From assembly GCA_000004985.1 (NCBI GenBank), contig GG738849.1: a stretch of 64,000 nt of DNA; one strand, 5' to 3'. Positions 1 through 11,651 of this stretch are shown piece by piece; the first letter of the stretch is position 1; each line of letters begins with the position of its first letter. The notes beneath the pieces were generated by a model. It did no database searches. It saw nothing but the letters and a program-made list of their open reading frames with translations, and was not told where the DNA came from. The translations under genes and the position numbers were made by a program. Source of the DNA: Naegleria gruberi. Taxonomy: Eukaryota.

Positions 1-1578
1 TTGAGTTCTGAGGAGAAGACTTGGAGATACAAATGTTTGAGATGAATTTACAGTGGTGGAGGATTGAGAAGTGCCAGAATTTTCATTTTGTCTTCTCATT
101 CTAGAAATTTTGATATTTTCCTTATAAATTTCTTCCTTAGATATTACACTTTCGAGGGCATCTTTTCTAGAGCTTTGCAAGTTACAATAGAGACCTTCAA
201 TTGCACGTTGCATAGAGTTTAAAACTTGAATTGGATCAGAAGCTACTTCCTTCATCCATCCATCTCTCATTACTTCTGTGGCATTTACATCACTGGAGAC
301 CTTTTCAAACTTTTTCAAAGTGTCAAAAATCTCACACTCTGGGAAAATGCCAATCCACTCACTAAATCTTACAACATTGGAATTAACGAGATTGGTTGTG
401 CTTTGGGAGCTGGCTCCACCAGGTATCGCTGTATTTAGTTGAGTAGGAAGAGAGGTGTGATGATCTAGCACAGAGCCACTAATATTTGATTCCCAAGAAG
501 ATTTCCACTTGTTGGAAATTGTTGTCTTGAGCTTGAGTATTACTTCAGAATCATCTGTTGAAAATTTATCTGTATTGGCTTGATAAATATCAATAATATC
601 CTCAATGCAGTCAAAATCATCTTGAAGTCTCTTTAAAATTGTTTCCAATATTGTAGGTGTAATAACATAACGAGTAGCCTTATTCGCAATTATCAATCTC
701 TTTACACAAGCAATTGATTGATTCTTCTTCAAAGTAAAGTATTGATCCAACACATTCTCTCCATCATCCAATTTAACATAATCCGAGTCCCAAATACCTG
801 GTTCAACTTCTTTAGCTGCATCAAGAACAGAATTAAAGTTAAGCATAATTAGGGTATCAACAATGGCCATTAAAATATCTCTGAAATTTGGATCCATACA
901 CAAGGAACTATTTCTAAAATACCATATTGTATAGTCAAATGCTTTCTTTAAGTTTTTCAATTCAGAGACGTAATAAAATAATGTCCCATATTCAAATACT
1001 CTGAATCCATGAACAATTTCAGATCTGAGCTTCAAAAATCTGTTTGCTGAATTACTATCTTCCATTCTTAATTCGTTTAATTTTTGATTCTGGAGATAGA
1101 TCAAGAGCTTTTTTGATTTTTCGCTATTGTAATCTCTTAAATTTTCAATAAAGGCAAAAACATCCCCCTCACAAAATTTGGCAATAAATTCATCCTCATC
1201 ATATGGCCTCTGTTGACAATTACTTTCATTTGCACTCTCCACGGAATATAAAAATTCAAAAAAGCCTATGCAAAGTACTTTCATCAGTGATGTTGTTAAA
1301 TCATTCAACTCTATCGGATCACTTGGATTAATGTCCGTTTTCATCCACATTAATAATAATTGTACTAGTGATTGAATATATTGTTTTGGGTTTTGACTAT
1401 CACTCAAGAGCATATAGAGTGAGTGATCACATTTGCCATCTGTACTTCTACTAAATAATCCCTTCTCTCTGTTTTTAAATTGGCTATTGTCACCAGATCC
1501 ACCCAAGTGGTCCAAAGTATTATTATTTGTTTCGCCATCGTCTGTTTTTTCAGAGGCACCACCAGGTGATGATGGCAT
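1..1578 (-). CDS. Hypothetical protein, 3' end outside the window (start ATG at 1578..1576)
   Basis: Continuous minus-strand reading frame from the ATG at 1578 to the window edge, more than 520 codons with no stop. It is absent from the ORF track only because no stop lies inside the window. The composition is protein-like and I recognise no family. Confidence 0.5.
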   Translation of the reverse strand, partial: MPSSPGGASEKTDDGETNNNTLDHLGGSGDNSQFKNREKGLFSRSTDGKCDHSLYMLLSDSQNPKQYIQSLVQLLLMWMKTDINPSDPIELNDLTTSLMKVLCIGFFEFLYSVESANESNCQQRPYDEDEFIAKFCEGDVFAFIENLRDYNSEKSKKLLIYLQNQKLNELRMEDSNSANRFLKLRSEIVHGFRVFEYGTLFYYVSELKNLKKAFDYTIWYFRNSSLCMDPNFRDILMAIVDTLIMLNFNSVLDAAKEVEPGIWDSDYVKLDDGENVLDQYFTLKKNQSIACVKRLIIANKATRYVITPTILETILKRLQDDFDCIEDIIDIYQANTDKFSTDDSEVILKLKTTISNKWKSSWESNISGSVLDHHTSLPTQLNTAIPGGASSQSTTNLVNSNVVRFSEWIGIFPECEIFDTLKKFEKVSSDVNATEVMRDGWMKEVASDPIQVLNSMQRAIEGLYCNLQSSRKDALESVISKEEIYKENIKISRMRRQNENSGTSQSSTTVNSSQTFVSPSLLLRTQ

Positions 1579-1789
1579 TATTTTTAATTATTAATATTTT
1601 TTTAACTTTGATGCAACCGTTAATAATTGTGTTTGAGCAAAGATTTGTGCTTCAACAAATTTATTTTTGTTCAAATTTACAAATATTAATGTGTTTTTTC
1701 AAATATTAAAAAGTCTGGTTTGGTTTCACGAAGCTCCAATAAACAATTTTCCTACAATATAAGATATATATGTTCATTATGAACATGAT

Positions 1790-1861
1790 TCCCGTGTAGT
1801 CCAATGGCTAGGATACCTGGCTTTCACCCAGGAGGTCCGGGTTCAATTCCCGGCATGGGAG
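1790..1861 (+). tRNA. tRNA-Glu (anticodon UUC)
   Basis: A 72-nt cloverleaf is visible in the sequence. It has a 7-bp acceptor stem (TCCCGTG/CATGGGA with one G-T pair), a D-arm GTCCAATGGCTAGGAT, an anticodon stem CCTGG/CCAGG with loop CTTTCAC (anticodon TTC) and a T-arm GGTTCAATTCC. It lies in the divergent intergenic region between the gene at 1..1578 and PGM. Confidence 0.85.
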
Positions 1862-2049
1862 AATCATTTTGTCAAATTTGTTTTTCAATATGAAAACCAC
1901 TCGATTTTTCAGCAGTTAAATAAATTCTTAATTTGAGAATATTGTATTTACAGTCTGATGATCTTAAAACCTTTTATGGCTCCATCCAAAAGAGTTCTCA
2001 ATCAGTAAGCTATTCTTTAAAAAAAATATAAAAACCTTTTTCTGTACAG

Positions 2050-3801
2050 ATGGCACCTCTCACTATTCGCAAACAAGCCACACAACCAATCCCAGGACAA
2101 AAGATGGGTACAAGTGGTCTTCGTGTCAAAGTTAAGCTTGTTGAAAATACACCATCTTTCCTTGAAAATTTCTCCCAAAGTGTATTCAATATTATTCTCT
2201 CATCGGAACAAGGATTGATCGGAAAGGTAAATGATCAAGGATGTTTACAAATGGTTATTGGTGGAGATGGTCGTTATTATAACAAGAAGGCCATTCAAAC
2301 CATCTTGAAGATTCTCTATGCTAATGCTGTTGCTCGTAATTTGAAAATTCATGTTAGAGTTGGGCAGGATGGTGTTGTTTCTACACCTGCAGTTTCGTGT
2401 ATGATTAGAAAATATAAGGCCGAATTGGGTGGTTTGATTTTGACAGCATCTCACAATCCTGGTGGTCCAAATAATGATTGGGGAATTAAATACAATGCAC
2501 CAAATGGAGGACCTGCTCCTGAAAAGATTACTGACATTATTTATCAACAGTCAACTCAAATTACTGAATATCATACTTGTGATGAATTCCCAGAGATTGA
2601 TTTTTCTCACATTTCTGATGTCTTTTCTGATGAACATTTGAAAGTTTCAGTTATTGATCCTGTAGATGACTATTATGAATTGCTCAGTACAATTTTCGAT
2701 ATGGAAAAGATTAAGAAATTAATTCAAAGGGATGATTTCAATTTATTGTTCGATGCCATGCATGGTGTCACAGGTCCCTATGCCAAGAGAATTTTACATG
2801 AGAAATTAGGAGCTGATCCTCAAAAGAATTTGATTAATTATGTTCCAAGTGAAGATTTTGGAAAGGGTCATCCAGATCCAAATCTTACCTATGCTGAAGA
2901 ATTGGTCAAGAAGGTATTGAATGATGAAAATAGTATTATTGATTTGGGAGCTGCATCTGATGGTGATGGTGATAGAAACATGATTCTTGGTAAACACTTT
3001 TTTGTCACTCCTTCTGATTCTGTTGCAATTATTGCTGATTATGCACAAAGGTGCATTCCATATTTCCAAAAGAGTGGAATTTCTGGATTGGCTAGATCCA
3101 TGCCAACTAGTACAGCCCTCGACAGAGTTGCTAAAGCTCTGGGTGTAAATATTTATGAAGTACCTACTGGATGGAAGTATTTTGGTAATTTATTTGATGC
3201 TGGTAAACTCTCTATTTGTGGTGAAGAGTCATTTGGTACTGGAAGTGATCATATCAGAGAAAAGGATGGTATGTGGGCTGTTTTGAGTTGGCTCTCAATA
3301 ATGGCATTTGAAAATGAAAATACCAAAACCTCAGTTGCAGACATTGTAAAGAATCACTGGAAGAAATATGGTAGAAGCTATTATACCAGATATGACTATG
3401 AAGAAGTTAGCTCTGAAGGTGCCAACAATATGATGTCTCACATTAGAGATACCTATGTTACTCCATTCCAAACTAATTCTCTCTCTGAAGAATCTAAAAA
3501 GTTATTCGAATCTTTGAGTGTTGCTTCATGTGAAGAATTCTCCTACACTGATCCTATTGATAACAGCTTTACTGGAAAGCAGGGAATGATCTTCAAATTG
3601 GTTGACCAAAGTAGAATTGTATTCAGATTATCTGGTACAGGAAGTTCTGGAGCAACTGTTAGAGTTTATATGGAAAAGTATAATCCAGATCGTTTGGATG
3701 GAAACCCACTCGAAGAAGTCAAACCACTTGCCCATGTCGCTCTCACTGTTAGCAAACTAGCTGAATTCACTGGTAGAAATGAACCAACAGTTATTACTTA
3801 A
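2050..3801 (+). CDS. PGM: Phosphoglucomutase (583 aa, single exon)
   Basis: The ORF carries the phosphoserine loop TASHNPGG, the metal-binding motif DGDGDR and the sugar-binding motif GEESFG. The start is an ATG. Confidence 0.95.
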   Translation: MAPLTIRKQATQPIPGQKMGTSGLRVKVKLVENTPSFLENFSQSVFNIILSSEQGLIGKVNDQGCLQMVIGGDGRYYNKKAIQTILKILYANAVARNLKIHVRVGQDGVVSTPAVSCMIRKYKAELGGLILTASHNPGGPNNDWGIKYNAPNGGPAPEKITDIIYQQSTQITEYHTCDEFPEIDFSHISDVFSDEHLKVSVIDPVDDYYELLSTIFDMEKIKKLIQRDDFNLLFDAMHGVTGPYAKRILHEKLGADPQKNLINYVPSEDFGKGHPDPNLTYAEELVKKVLNDENSIIDLGAASDGDGDRNMILGKHFFVTPSDSVAIIADYAQRCIPYFQKSGISGLARSMPTSTALDRVAKALGVNIYEVPTGWKYFGNLFDAGKLSICGEESFGTGSDHIREKDGMWAVLSWLSIMAFENENTKTSVADIVKNHWKKYGRSYYTRYDYEEVSSEGANNMMSHIRDTYVTPFQTNSLSEESKKLFESLSVASCEEFSYTDPIDNSFTGKQGMIFKLVDQSRIVFRLSGTGSSGATVRVYMEKYNPDRLDGNPLEEVKPLAHVALTVSKLAEFTGRNEPTVIT

Positions 3802-3838
3802 AACTCGATTTATTGTATTATTATTAACATTAAAGAAA

Positions 3839-5457
3839 TTATTGATTTTCATCAATTTTTTGTAGTAATTCCTTATCATAGCCAGGTGTGTAATATTTGA
3901 CAAGTTCTTCAGGATAAAGGTTGTTGATAAATTTGATACTTTCTTGCAGAGATTCTTCTTCTGTTTTGATTAATTGCAACTTTTGAAGACCCTTAGATTG
4001 AACAAATCTCTTCTTTGCTTCAACATCATCTGGTAAAAGAGCTTCAAATTGCTTGACAACATATTTCAAAATACTTTCTGGGGCCTTTTCAGAAAGTAAT
4101 GGATTAAGGGCATCAAGATATGTACATTTTTGTATAATTGCTTTGAGGGCTCTCTTTGACTTACTCTTCAAGTCTTCAGAAGCCTTGTCATCAAGGAAAG
4201 ATTCATTCAAAAGTGTCAAAATATTAGCTTCAGCAACGGCCTTTGCGTGTTCTGAACTGTGTCTACCAATTTGTCCCAAACTCCATGCAGCAGCTGCACG
4301 AAGGTGATCGGAATATGATGGTGACAAACAATTTCCTAGTGGTTGAACTGCCTTGGCCTTAATGACAGCAGTGGCCATTGTTTCTTGGAAGGCAGCAATA
4401 AATCCTAGAATCATAATACCTGGTAATTTGTTATCACCCTCTGCATTACTGATATAATCAACAATAGCTGGTAAACCACCAGCATTGACAATTAGTGAAG
4501 CCAATTCAGGATTGTGCTTTGATACTTGCATAATACAAGAGGCAGCATTCTTTCTGACAATTTCATCATCTGGGTCTTGTAATAAAGCAAAAATCTTTGG
4601 GAAAATTTCTCCTTCAACAACCAATTCTGCCAATTCAACAGAATGTTTAGCAATGAAGGCAAGACATTGACATGCTTGTCTCTTTACCATTGGATTGAGA
4701 ATGAGTGGTGTTATAACTGGAATACCTTCAGCATCAACTACAGATTGAGCTAGCTCAGGAGTGTGACTGCAAATATTGGCAAGAGATGAAATTGCGACCT
4801 TTTTCAGAGTTTGTTCTGGTTGTTGGGCACAAGTCAAAAGTAACCCCACACAACCATGATCTACACAAATCTGAGCCAACTCTGGTGTATGTATTGAGAT
4901 ATTTCCGATTGCATATGCTGCAGATTCCTTTACCAAAGGATCAAATTCATCCAAACATTTTACCAAAGCTTCTACAGATCCAGAATCAACAACAGCTTGT
5001 GCTAATCTTGGTCCGTGCTTGGCGATAGCTCGCAGAACGAAAGCTGCATGTCTTTGATAGTATTTCTAAACAATATTAAGACGACAATTATTTTAAATAA
5101 TTCGTGAAGAAACATACATTATTCTTGAGGATGGAAGCAACCAATTGAGGGACAATATCACTTGCAACGATCTTCTCGGCAAGTTGAGGGTTATAATTGG
5201 CCAATCTTCCCAATGCAAGAGCAGCATTTTGTTGAACACTTGGATCGCTATCGAGCAAAAGTGGACGGAGCAAATCCAGAACACCAGTTTCTTGTTGAAT
5301 CATAGCTAAAATCGTTCATCATTAATTTTGTCCTCCAATCATTTTACATACCTTCGATATGTCTTGGTTGTTTTACGAGTTCGGCAACACTATTGGCAAA
5401 CGTAATTCTTGCCTTCTTGTATGAAGCGAATACTTGTTGAATTTCCTTTGAGGCCAT
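3839..5457 (-). CDS. SPAG6: Sperm-associated antigen 6 / PF16 (armadillo-repeat flagellar central-pair protein), 3 exons
   Basis: Exons are 5457..5352, 5305..5118 and 5065..3839, with introns of 46 and 52 nt (GTATGT...TTTAG). The N-terminus MASKEIQQVFASYKKARITFANSVAELVKQPRHIE, and the ARM repeats through to the C-terminal YYTPGY, align with PF16/SPAG6. Confidence 0.85.
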
Positions 5458-5865
5458 TTTTTTTATGTGTTTGATTGTACATTAGGCATGGCGGGAAACA
5501 GTTGTAAATAATTTGCTTGTTTTTCAAACCACCATTTTTGGCGGCATTTTGTTTGACATTTTGAAACAACCTCTCAAACTGTTATTGTTAAGAATTTAGG
5601 ATTCTTGAATCATCAACCCAACTCTCTACAATTTTGAACAATCTAAGGAGCCACTTTCATTGAAGGGAATTAACGATCATACTATTTCGAATCCATTTCC
5701 AACTCCCTTTTAGAAGCAGAAAGATTAATTGTCATCACTAATAAAATTTTATTTTATTTTTAATTAAAAAAACGTGTTATTGTTGTGTAGATTTTTTCCA
5801 GGCATCACACTACAAATTTTCGGCATCATCTTGTATCATTAATTATAATATTCACAAAAGGAAGA

Positions 5866-8119
5866 ATGGAGCAATTGTTACCAATTATTAACAAAATCCA
5901 GGATGTTTTTGCAACTGTTGGATTGAATGACTCGATCGATCTACCACAAATTGCCGTCGTTGGTAGTCAAAGTTCAGGAAAATCCTCTGTATTGGAAAAT
6001 GTTGTCGGAAGAGATTTTTTACCAAGAGGTTCAGGAATTGTTACTAGAAGGTAATGTTTGTTTTACTATTATTTCTAATTTAGTTTAGACCTCTGATTTT
6101 GCAATTAATAACAATAGCATCAAAATATAAGGGTATGTGTATATTTTGGAAAATTCAACAACAACAATTTTAATAGCCGTTGAGGAAGTAACCGAACAAC
6201 AAAAACAACAAGAAGAATACGGTGAATTTTTGCACTTGCCAAACAAGAAGTTTTATAACTTTTCTGAAATCAGAGAGGAAATTGTGAGAGAAACCGATAG
6301 AATTACTGGATCAAATAAGAATATTAGTTCTGCTCCTATCAATTTGAAAATCTATTCACCATAGTATGTTTTGTTTAATTTCATCATTTCAATAACACAA
6401 ACGTGATCGGAAATAGTGTTCTCAATTTGACATTGATTGACTTGCCAGGTATCACAAAGGTTCCTGTTGGTGACCAACCAAAGGACATTGAACAACAAAT
6501 CAGAAAGATGATTCTTCAATTTATTTCTAAACCAACATGTATTATTTTGGCTGTTACTGCAGCAAATACCGATCTTGCTAACTCTGATGCTTTAAAGTTG
6601 GCAAAAGAAGTAGATAGAACTGGAGATCGTACTTTGGGTGTATTGACAAAAGTGGATATTATGGATAAAGGTGTCGATTGTATGGATATTATTAGAGGAG
6701 AAGTTTTACCACTCAAAATGGGATACATTGGTGTTATCAACAGATCTCAAAATGATATTAATACTAACAAATCAATCAGAGATGCATTGAAAGATGAAGA
6801 TGCATTCTTTAGAAACCATCCATCATATAGAAGTTATGCCAACAATATGGGAACAAAGTATTTGGCAAAAACACTCAATAAGATTTTGCTCAATCACATC
6901 AATAATGTTCTCCCAGAGCTTAGAAACAAAATTGGAAATCTCTTGACTCAATGCCAACAAAGAATGAAAGAATATGGAAGTGGTCCAATCAGCGATGATT
7001 CTCCAGGTGCTCTCTTATTGCAACTTTTAACTGACTATACAACTGAATATATTGATTCTATTGATGGAAGAAATACTGAAATTATCAAGATGAATGAACT
7101 TTTCGGAGGTGCTCTTATCAATAATATTTTTGTTTCCAAATATTATCCACAATTATCAGAACTTGAAGCTTGTGAAAATTTGACAGATTTTGATATCAAG
7201 ACAGCTATTAAGAATGCTAAGGGTTCAAAGACTTCTCTTTTCGTTCCTGAAGCAGCTTTTGAAATTCTTGTAAGAAGACAAGTTAAGCTTCTTGAAGATC
7301 CTAGCATTCAATGTGTAGATAGAGTTTTTGAGGAATTGATGAATATTGAAGATTTTTGTGAAAAGAAACTTATTCGTTTTCCAAATCTTAAGGAACGTGT
7401 CAAGGAATTTATCATTCAATTATGGAAAGGTTATACCATTGAACTTAAGGAATTTATTAGAAATATGATTCGTATTGAATTGGCTTATATTAATACTAAT
7501 CACCCAGACTTTATGGGAAGTAGTAAGAATGTATTCAGCCTCATGATGCCAAATAAGAATCGTGTAAACCGTGTTCAAAGTGGTGACCATTTACAACAAC
7601 AGCAACAACAACAACATCAAATGAGACCAAACATGCACCAAATTCGTAGTCAAAATCCAATGCCATCTGAAGATGATATGTACGATTACAATCCAAACCA
7701 AGGTAACACAAGGTCTGGATTACAACCTCCTGTCAATTCTATGGGACTTATGGGTGGCTCATTAGGAGAAAGAGAAAATCAAGAAGTTGAAGTCATTCGT
7801 GCTCTTCTCACAGCCTATTTTGATAATGTTGTCAGAAAGTAAGTTTTTCAATTTATTTCAAAATCTCACCAATGGTTTTTTCAAATTTAGGAAACTTGCT
7901 GATCAAGTTCCAAAGTCTATTATGGCTTTCCTTGTTATCAAGACCAAGAGCAATTTACAAAGTGAACTCATCAAAGAGCTTTACAAACCAGAACTTTTTG
8001 AAACACTCTTAAAGGAAAATGATGCTATTGCTCAAAAGAGAAAGCAAACTCAAAAAATGCTCAAAGCCCTCACGAAAGCTCAAAATGCCATCAATGAAAT
8101 TAAGGGTATTAGACTTTAA
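5866..8119 (+). CDS. Dynamin-related GTPase (DymA/Drp1-like, no PH domain or proline-rich domain), 5 exons
   Basis: Exons are 5866..6050, 6089..6132, 6177..6363, 6417..7838 and 7891..8119, with introns of 38, 44, 53 and 52 nt. The protein has a [10 protein letters not shown]-loop, [13 protein letters not shown], the dynamin signature LTLIDLPG, a middle domain and a C-terminal GED. A Q/N-rich insert (about 7585..7790) sits between the middle domain and the GED. Confidence 0.85.
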
Positions 8120-8316
8120 AAAAATTGTAAAAATAAAATATAATTATTATATTTTAATAATAATTATTTGATGATAAGTTGATAAACTTTATGATTGTTT
8201 TATTAGAAATGGTGAAGATCTTATTTTCTGTTTATTAATAAAGGAAGAACAAGGTTTTCAATTTTATTGAAGAAAATTAAAAAATAATTGAATTTTAAAA
8301 AAAAGGAATTTGAACC

Positions 8317-9414
8317 ATGAAACGCTTTGTGAAGGAGAACGTTAAAGAGTATGAAAGGAATTTCACTATTGATGATAGTAATAATAGAACATCATCATCA
8401 TCCGACAATGAAGACCAACTTGTTGCTGAAAAATTATTTACCGACCAAGAAGTTATTATTATGAATGAAAGATTGAAGGATTTAAACTTGTCATTCCAAA
8501 AATCTTTGAGCAAGTGTTTTAATTTAAATTTACCATACAAGATCACAACAGAGGACTCTAAATGTTTGATCAAATGTAAATCTTTATTACCTTCCGAAGA
8601 GGAAGCAAAAACAATTTCATCATGTTCCATATTTACTAAAGGATTTTTCAAATTTGATGAAGATTCGGGAGCATTTACTCTTGACAAGGCTCTCATTGGT
8701 GAAAAATCATTGGATGAAGTCAAATCAACAGCCTATGGATTTATTTCTAGAGGAGAAATTTCTACTTCAGTCAACACCCAAAATAATAAGAATCAAGCTC
8801 TATCTCACAAACAATTATTACACAAGGATGTTAACGCATATTTAGAAAAGGAATCTGTTTTGAATGGTATTGAAGATAAATTAATGGCACCAGTTCTGAG
8901 GAGCTCGTCATTCTCTAAATCAGAAAAGAAGGAACATGAAAAGTTGACTACTTTATTAGATCCAAATTATACACCTGCATCTATTGTGGATAAGAATGTT
9001 AATGCAGGAAAGGGATGGGCAAATATGGCTGCTCCAAGAATGACTCCTGAATTGAAACAAGAACTCGTTGCAATGCAATTAAAGAGAGCTAGTGAAGGTG
9101 AAGGAAAGAGAATTAAATCATCAAGTGTTGCACAATTTGATGAAGATAACATGCCAAAATACTTCCAAATTGGTACCATTGTAGATAATGCTAAAGAATT
9201 TTATTCGAACAGAGTTGTCAAAAAGAAGAGACAACAAAGTTTTTTAGATGAGCTCATACAAGATGATAAAGAACATGGATATGTTTCACAACGTTATGCA
9301 CAACTCCAAGACCAAATGGATCAAGTTCAAAAACGTAAGAAACGAAAGCTTATGAAAAAGATTGCTCAAAATAGTAAGGGAGGATCAAGCAGTGGTGGAA
9401 GCAGTAAGAAATAA
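8317..9414 (+). CDS. Fcf2 / DNTTIP2-domain pre-rRNA processing protein (365 aa)
   Basis: The C-terminal region GKGWANMAAPRMTPELKQEL...PKYFQIGTIVDNAKEFYSNRVVKKKRQQSFLDELI matches the conserved Fcf2 pre-rRNA processing domain. The tail is basic. Confidence 0.6.
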   Translation: MKRFVKENVKEYERNFTIDDSNNRTSSSSDNEDQLVAEKLFTDQEVIIMNERLKDLNLSFQKSLSKCFNLNLPYKITTEDSKCLIKCKSLLPSEEEAKTISSCSIFTKGFFKFDEDSGAFTLDKALIGEKSLDEVKSTAYGFISRGEISTSVNTQNNKNQALSHKQLLHKDVNAYLEKESVLNGIEDKLMAPVLRSSSFSKSEKKEHEKLTTLLDPNYTPASIVDKNVNAGKGWANMAAPRMTPELKQELVAMQLKRASEGEGKRIKSSSVAQFDEDNMPKYFQIGTIVDNAKEFYSNRVVKKKRQQSFLDELIQDDKEHGYVSQRYAQLQDQMDQVQKRKKRKLMKKIAQNSKGGSSSGGSSKK

Positions 9415-9733
9415 ACTTTCCCTCTGAAATATTCAAACCAGTTGACAATACAAATATTTATTATCCAGCATAGTTTCTCTAATCATGTTCTTTTTGTACA
9501 CTTGGAGTGATTTTGTATTTGTAAGATTAAGGTTGTAGTACATGGTACTGATGAATTGGTTTGACAAGTCAAGCTTCTCGTTGTATGCAACTCACGGAAG
9601 GCATTTCCGTCTTAAAAATGAAAAATATTTAAAAAAAAAATAGACTTTCGATAGTAGTGAATACCATCACACTTCGTTTCTTCCATCATCCAATCTTCCT
9701 TTGATACAAAACTTTAAATCATCCCTATACAAA

Positions 9734-11552
9734 ATGATGGCTCCAAGTATAAATCCTCTCTACATTGATGGAGAGAGAACCACTGGTAATGAAGTTAGAC
9801 TTGAAAATGGTATGTGTTTAGAAATTCGGATGTAAATTTATAATAGTAACATTTTGGAATACATCAACTTGTATTGTACATTTGATATCTTCTTGGGACC
9901 CTTTGAAATCTTTTTGGAATATACAACTTGTCTTTAATACAACAACAACAATATTGTGGATTTGTATTTTAACAACAATAGTTCAAGCTTGTCAAACAGT
10001 GCAAAACATTATGAAGACTTCATTCGGTCCACAAGGTCTTGACAAGATGCTTGTCGATGAAGTTGGTGATGTTACCGTAACTAACGATGGTGCTACCATT
10101 CTTAACCTCATTGAAGTCAATCATCCAGCCGCTAAGACTCTTGTAGATCTTGCTCGTACACAAGATGAAGCTGTTGGTGATGGTACAACATCTGTTGTTT
10201 TGTTGGCTGCCGAATTATTAAAACAAGGACAAGAATTAATCACAGAAAAGATTCACCCAACTAATATCATTTCCGGATATAAATTGGCTGCAAAGAAGGC
10301 CACTGAATTTATTAAGAATGAATTGCAAATCTCCACACATACTCTTGATAATGCTGCATTAATTAACGTTGCCAAGACTTCAATGGCTTCAAAGGTTTTA
10401 GGACCAGAATCAGATTTATTTGCCAAATTGTGTGTTGATGCTTTGTTGGCTGTTAAAGTTGTTACTGGATCTGGTAAGGAAAGATATCCAATCAAGGCTA
10501 TCAATATTTTGAAACAACACGGAAAATCAATGAAGGAAAGTACATTAGTTAATGGATTTGCTTTGAACAATACTCGTTCATCCCAACAAATGCCAAAGAT
10601 TATCAAGGGTGCCAAGATTGCTCTCCTCGATATTGCTTTGAATAGACAAAGAATGAAGTTGGGTATTAAATTCCAAATTACTGATCCAAAGGAATTGGAA
10701 GGAGTTCAAGAACGTGAACAAACTTTGATTCGTGACCGTATCCAAATGTTGTTAAATGCTGGTGCTAACGTTATTTTGACAACAAAGGGTATTGATGATA
10801 TGTGTTTGAAATACTTTGTTGAAGCTAATGCTATTGCTGTCAGAAGATGTGATAAGGAAGATTTGAAGCGTATTGCTAAATTGACTGGTGGTTCTTTGGT
10901 TACATCATTCGCTGATTTGGATGGTGAAGAGTCATTCTCTGCTGAATCTTTGGGTACTGCTGAAGAAGTTGTTGAAGAAGAACTTGCTGGTGATTCATTG
11001 ATTTATATTCGTGGTACTAAGCTCACCACTTCACAATCAATTGTTTTGCGTGGTGCTAACAGTTTCTTGTTGGATGAAATGAGTCGTACTATTCACGATG
11101 CTATGTGTGCTTTGAAACGAGTTTTGGAATCAAAGAATGTTGTTCCTGGTGGTGGTAGTGTTGAAACTGCTCTCTCTGTCTATTTGGATCGTTTTGCTAT
11201 GACTATTGAAACACGAGAACAATTAGCTATTGCTGCTTTTGCTAATGCTCTCTTGGTTATTCCAAAGACTTTATCTGTCAATGCTGCTTTGGATGCTACT
11301 GAATTGGTTGCCAAATTGCGAGCATACCACAATGATGTTCATGAATTGAACAAGAAGGAATATTTGAGATATGGTTTGGACCTTATGGCTGATGATGTTA
11401 GAGATAACGTTGAAGCTGGTGTTTTGGAGCCTGCCATGTTGAAGATTAAGTATATCCAATTTGCTACTGAAGCTGCTGTTACTATCCTCCGTATTGATGA
11501 CATGATCCGAATTAATGATAATGAAAAGGAAGATCCAAGAAGAAGAAGGTAA
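9734..11552 (+). CDS. CCT1: T-complex protein 1 subunit alpha (CCT-alpha), 2 exons
   Basis: Exon 1 is 9734..9809 ([25 protein letters not shown]). A 172-nt intron (GTATGT...AACAATAG) follows, then exon 2 is 9982..11552. The protein has [33 protein letters not shown] and the GGGSVE motif of group II chaperonins. Confidence 0.9.
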
Positions 11553-11651
11553 TTAACTAGGAACACACCTAAAAACAATAAAATTTAAATTATATCAAAA
11601 TGAAATGTTACCGTTCGACCTATTCGTCCCATCAATCAACCTTCAAAAAAA

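Noticed and set aside
6359-6420. Alternative exon-3/exon-4 junction in the dynamin gene that would give the canonical SPHV instead of SPYV
   Set aside because: It requires a non-GT donor. The GTATGT donor at 6364 with acceptor AAATAG|6417 is canonical and in frame.
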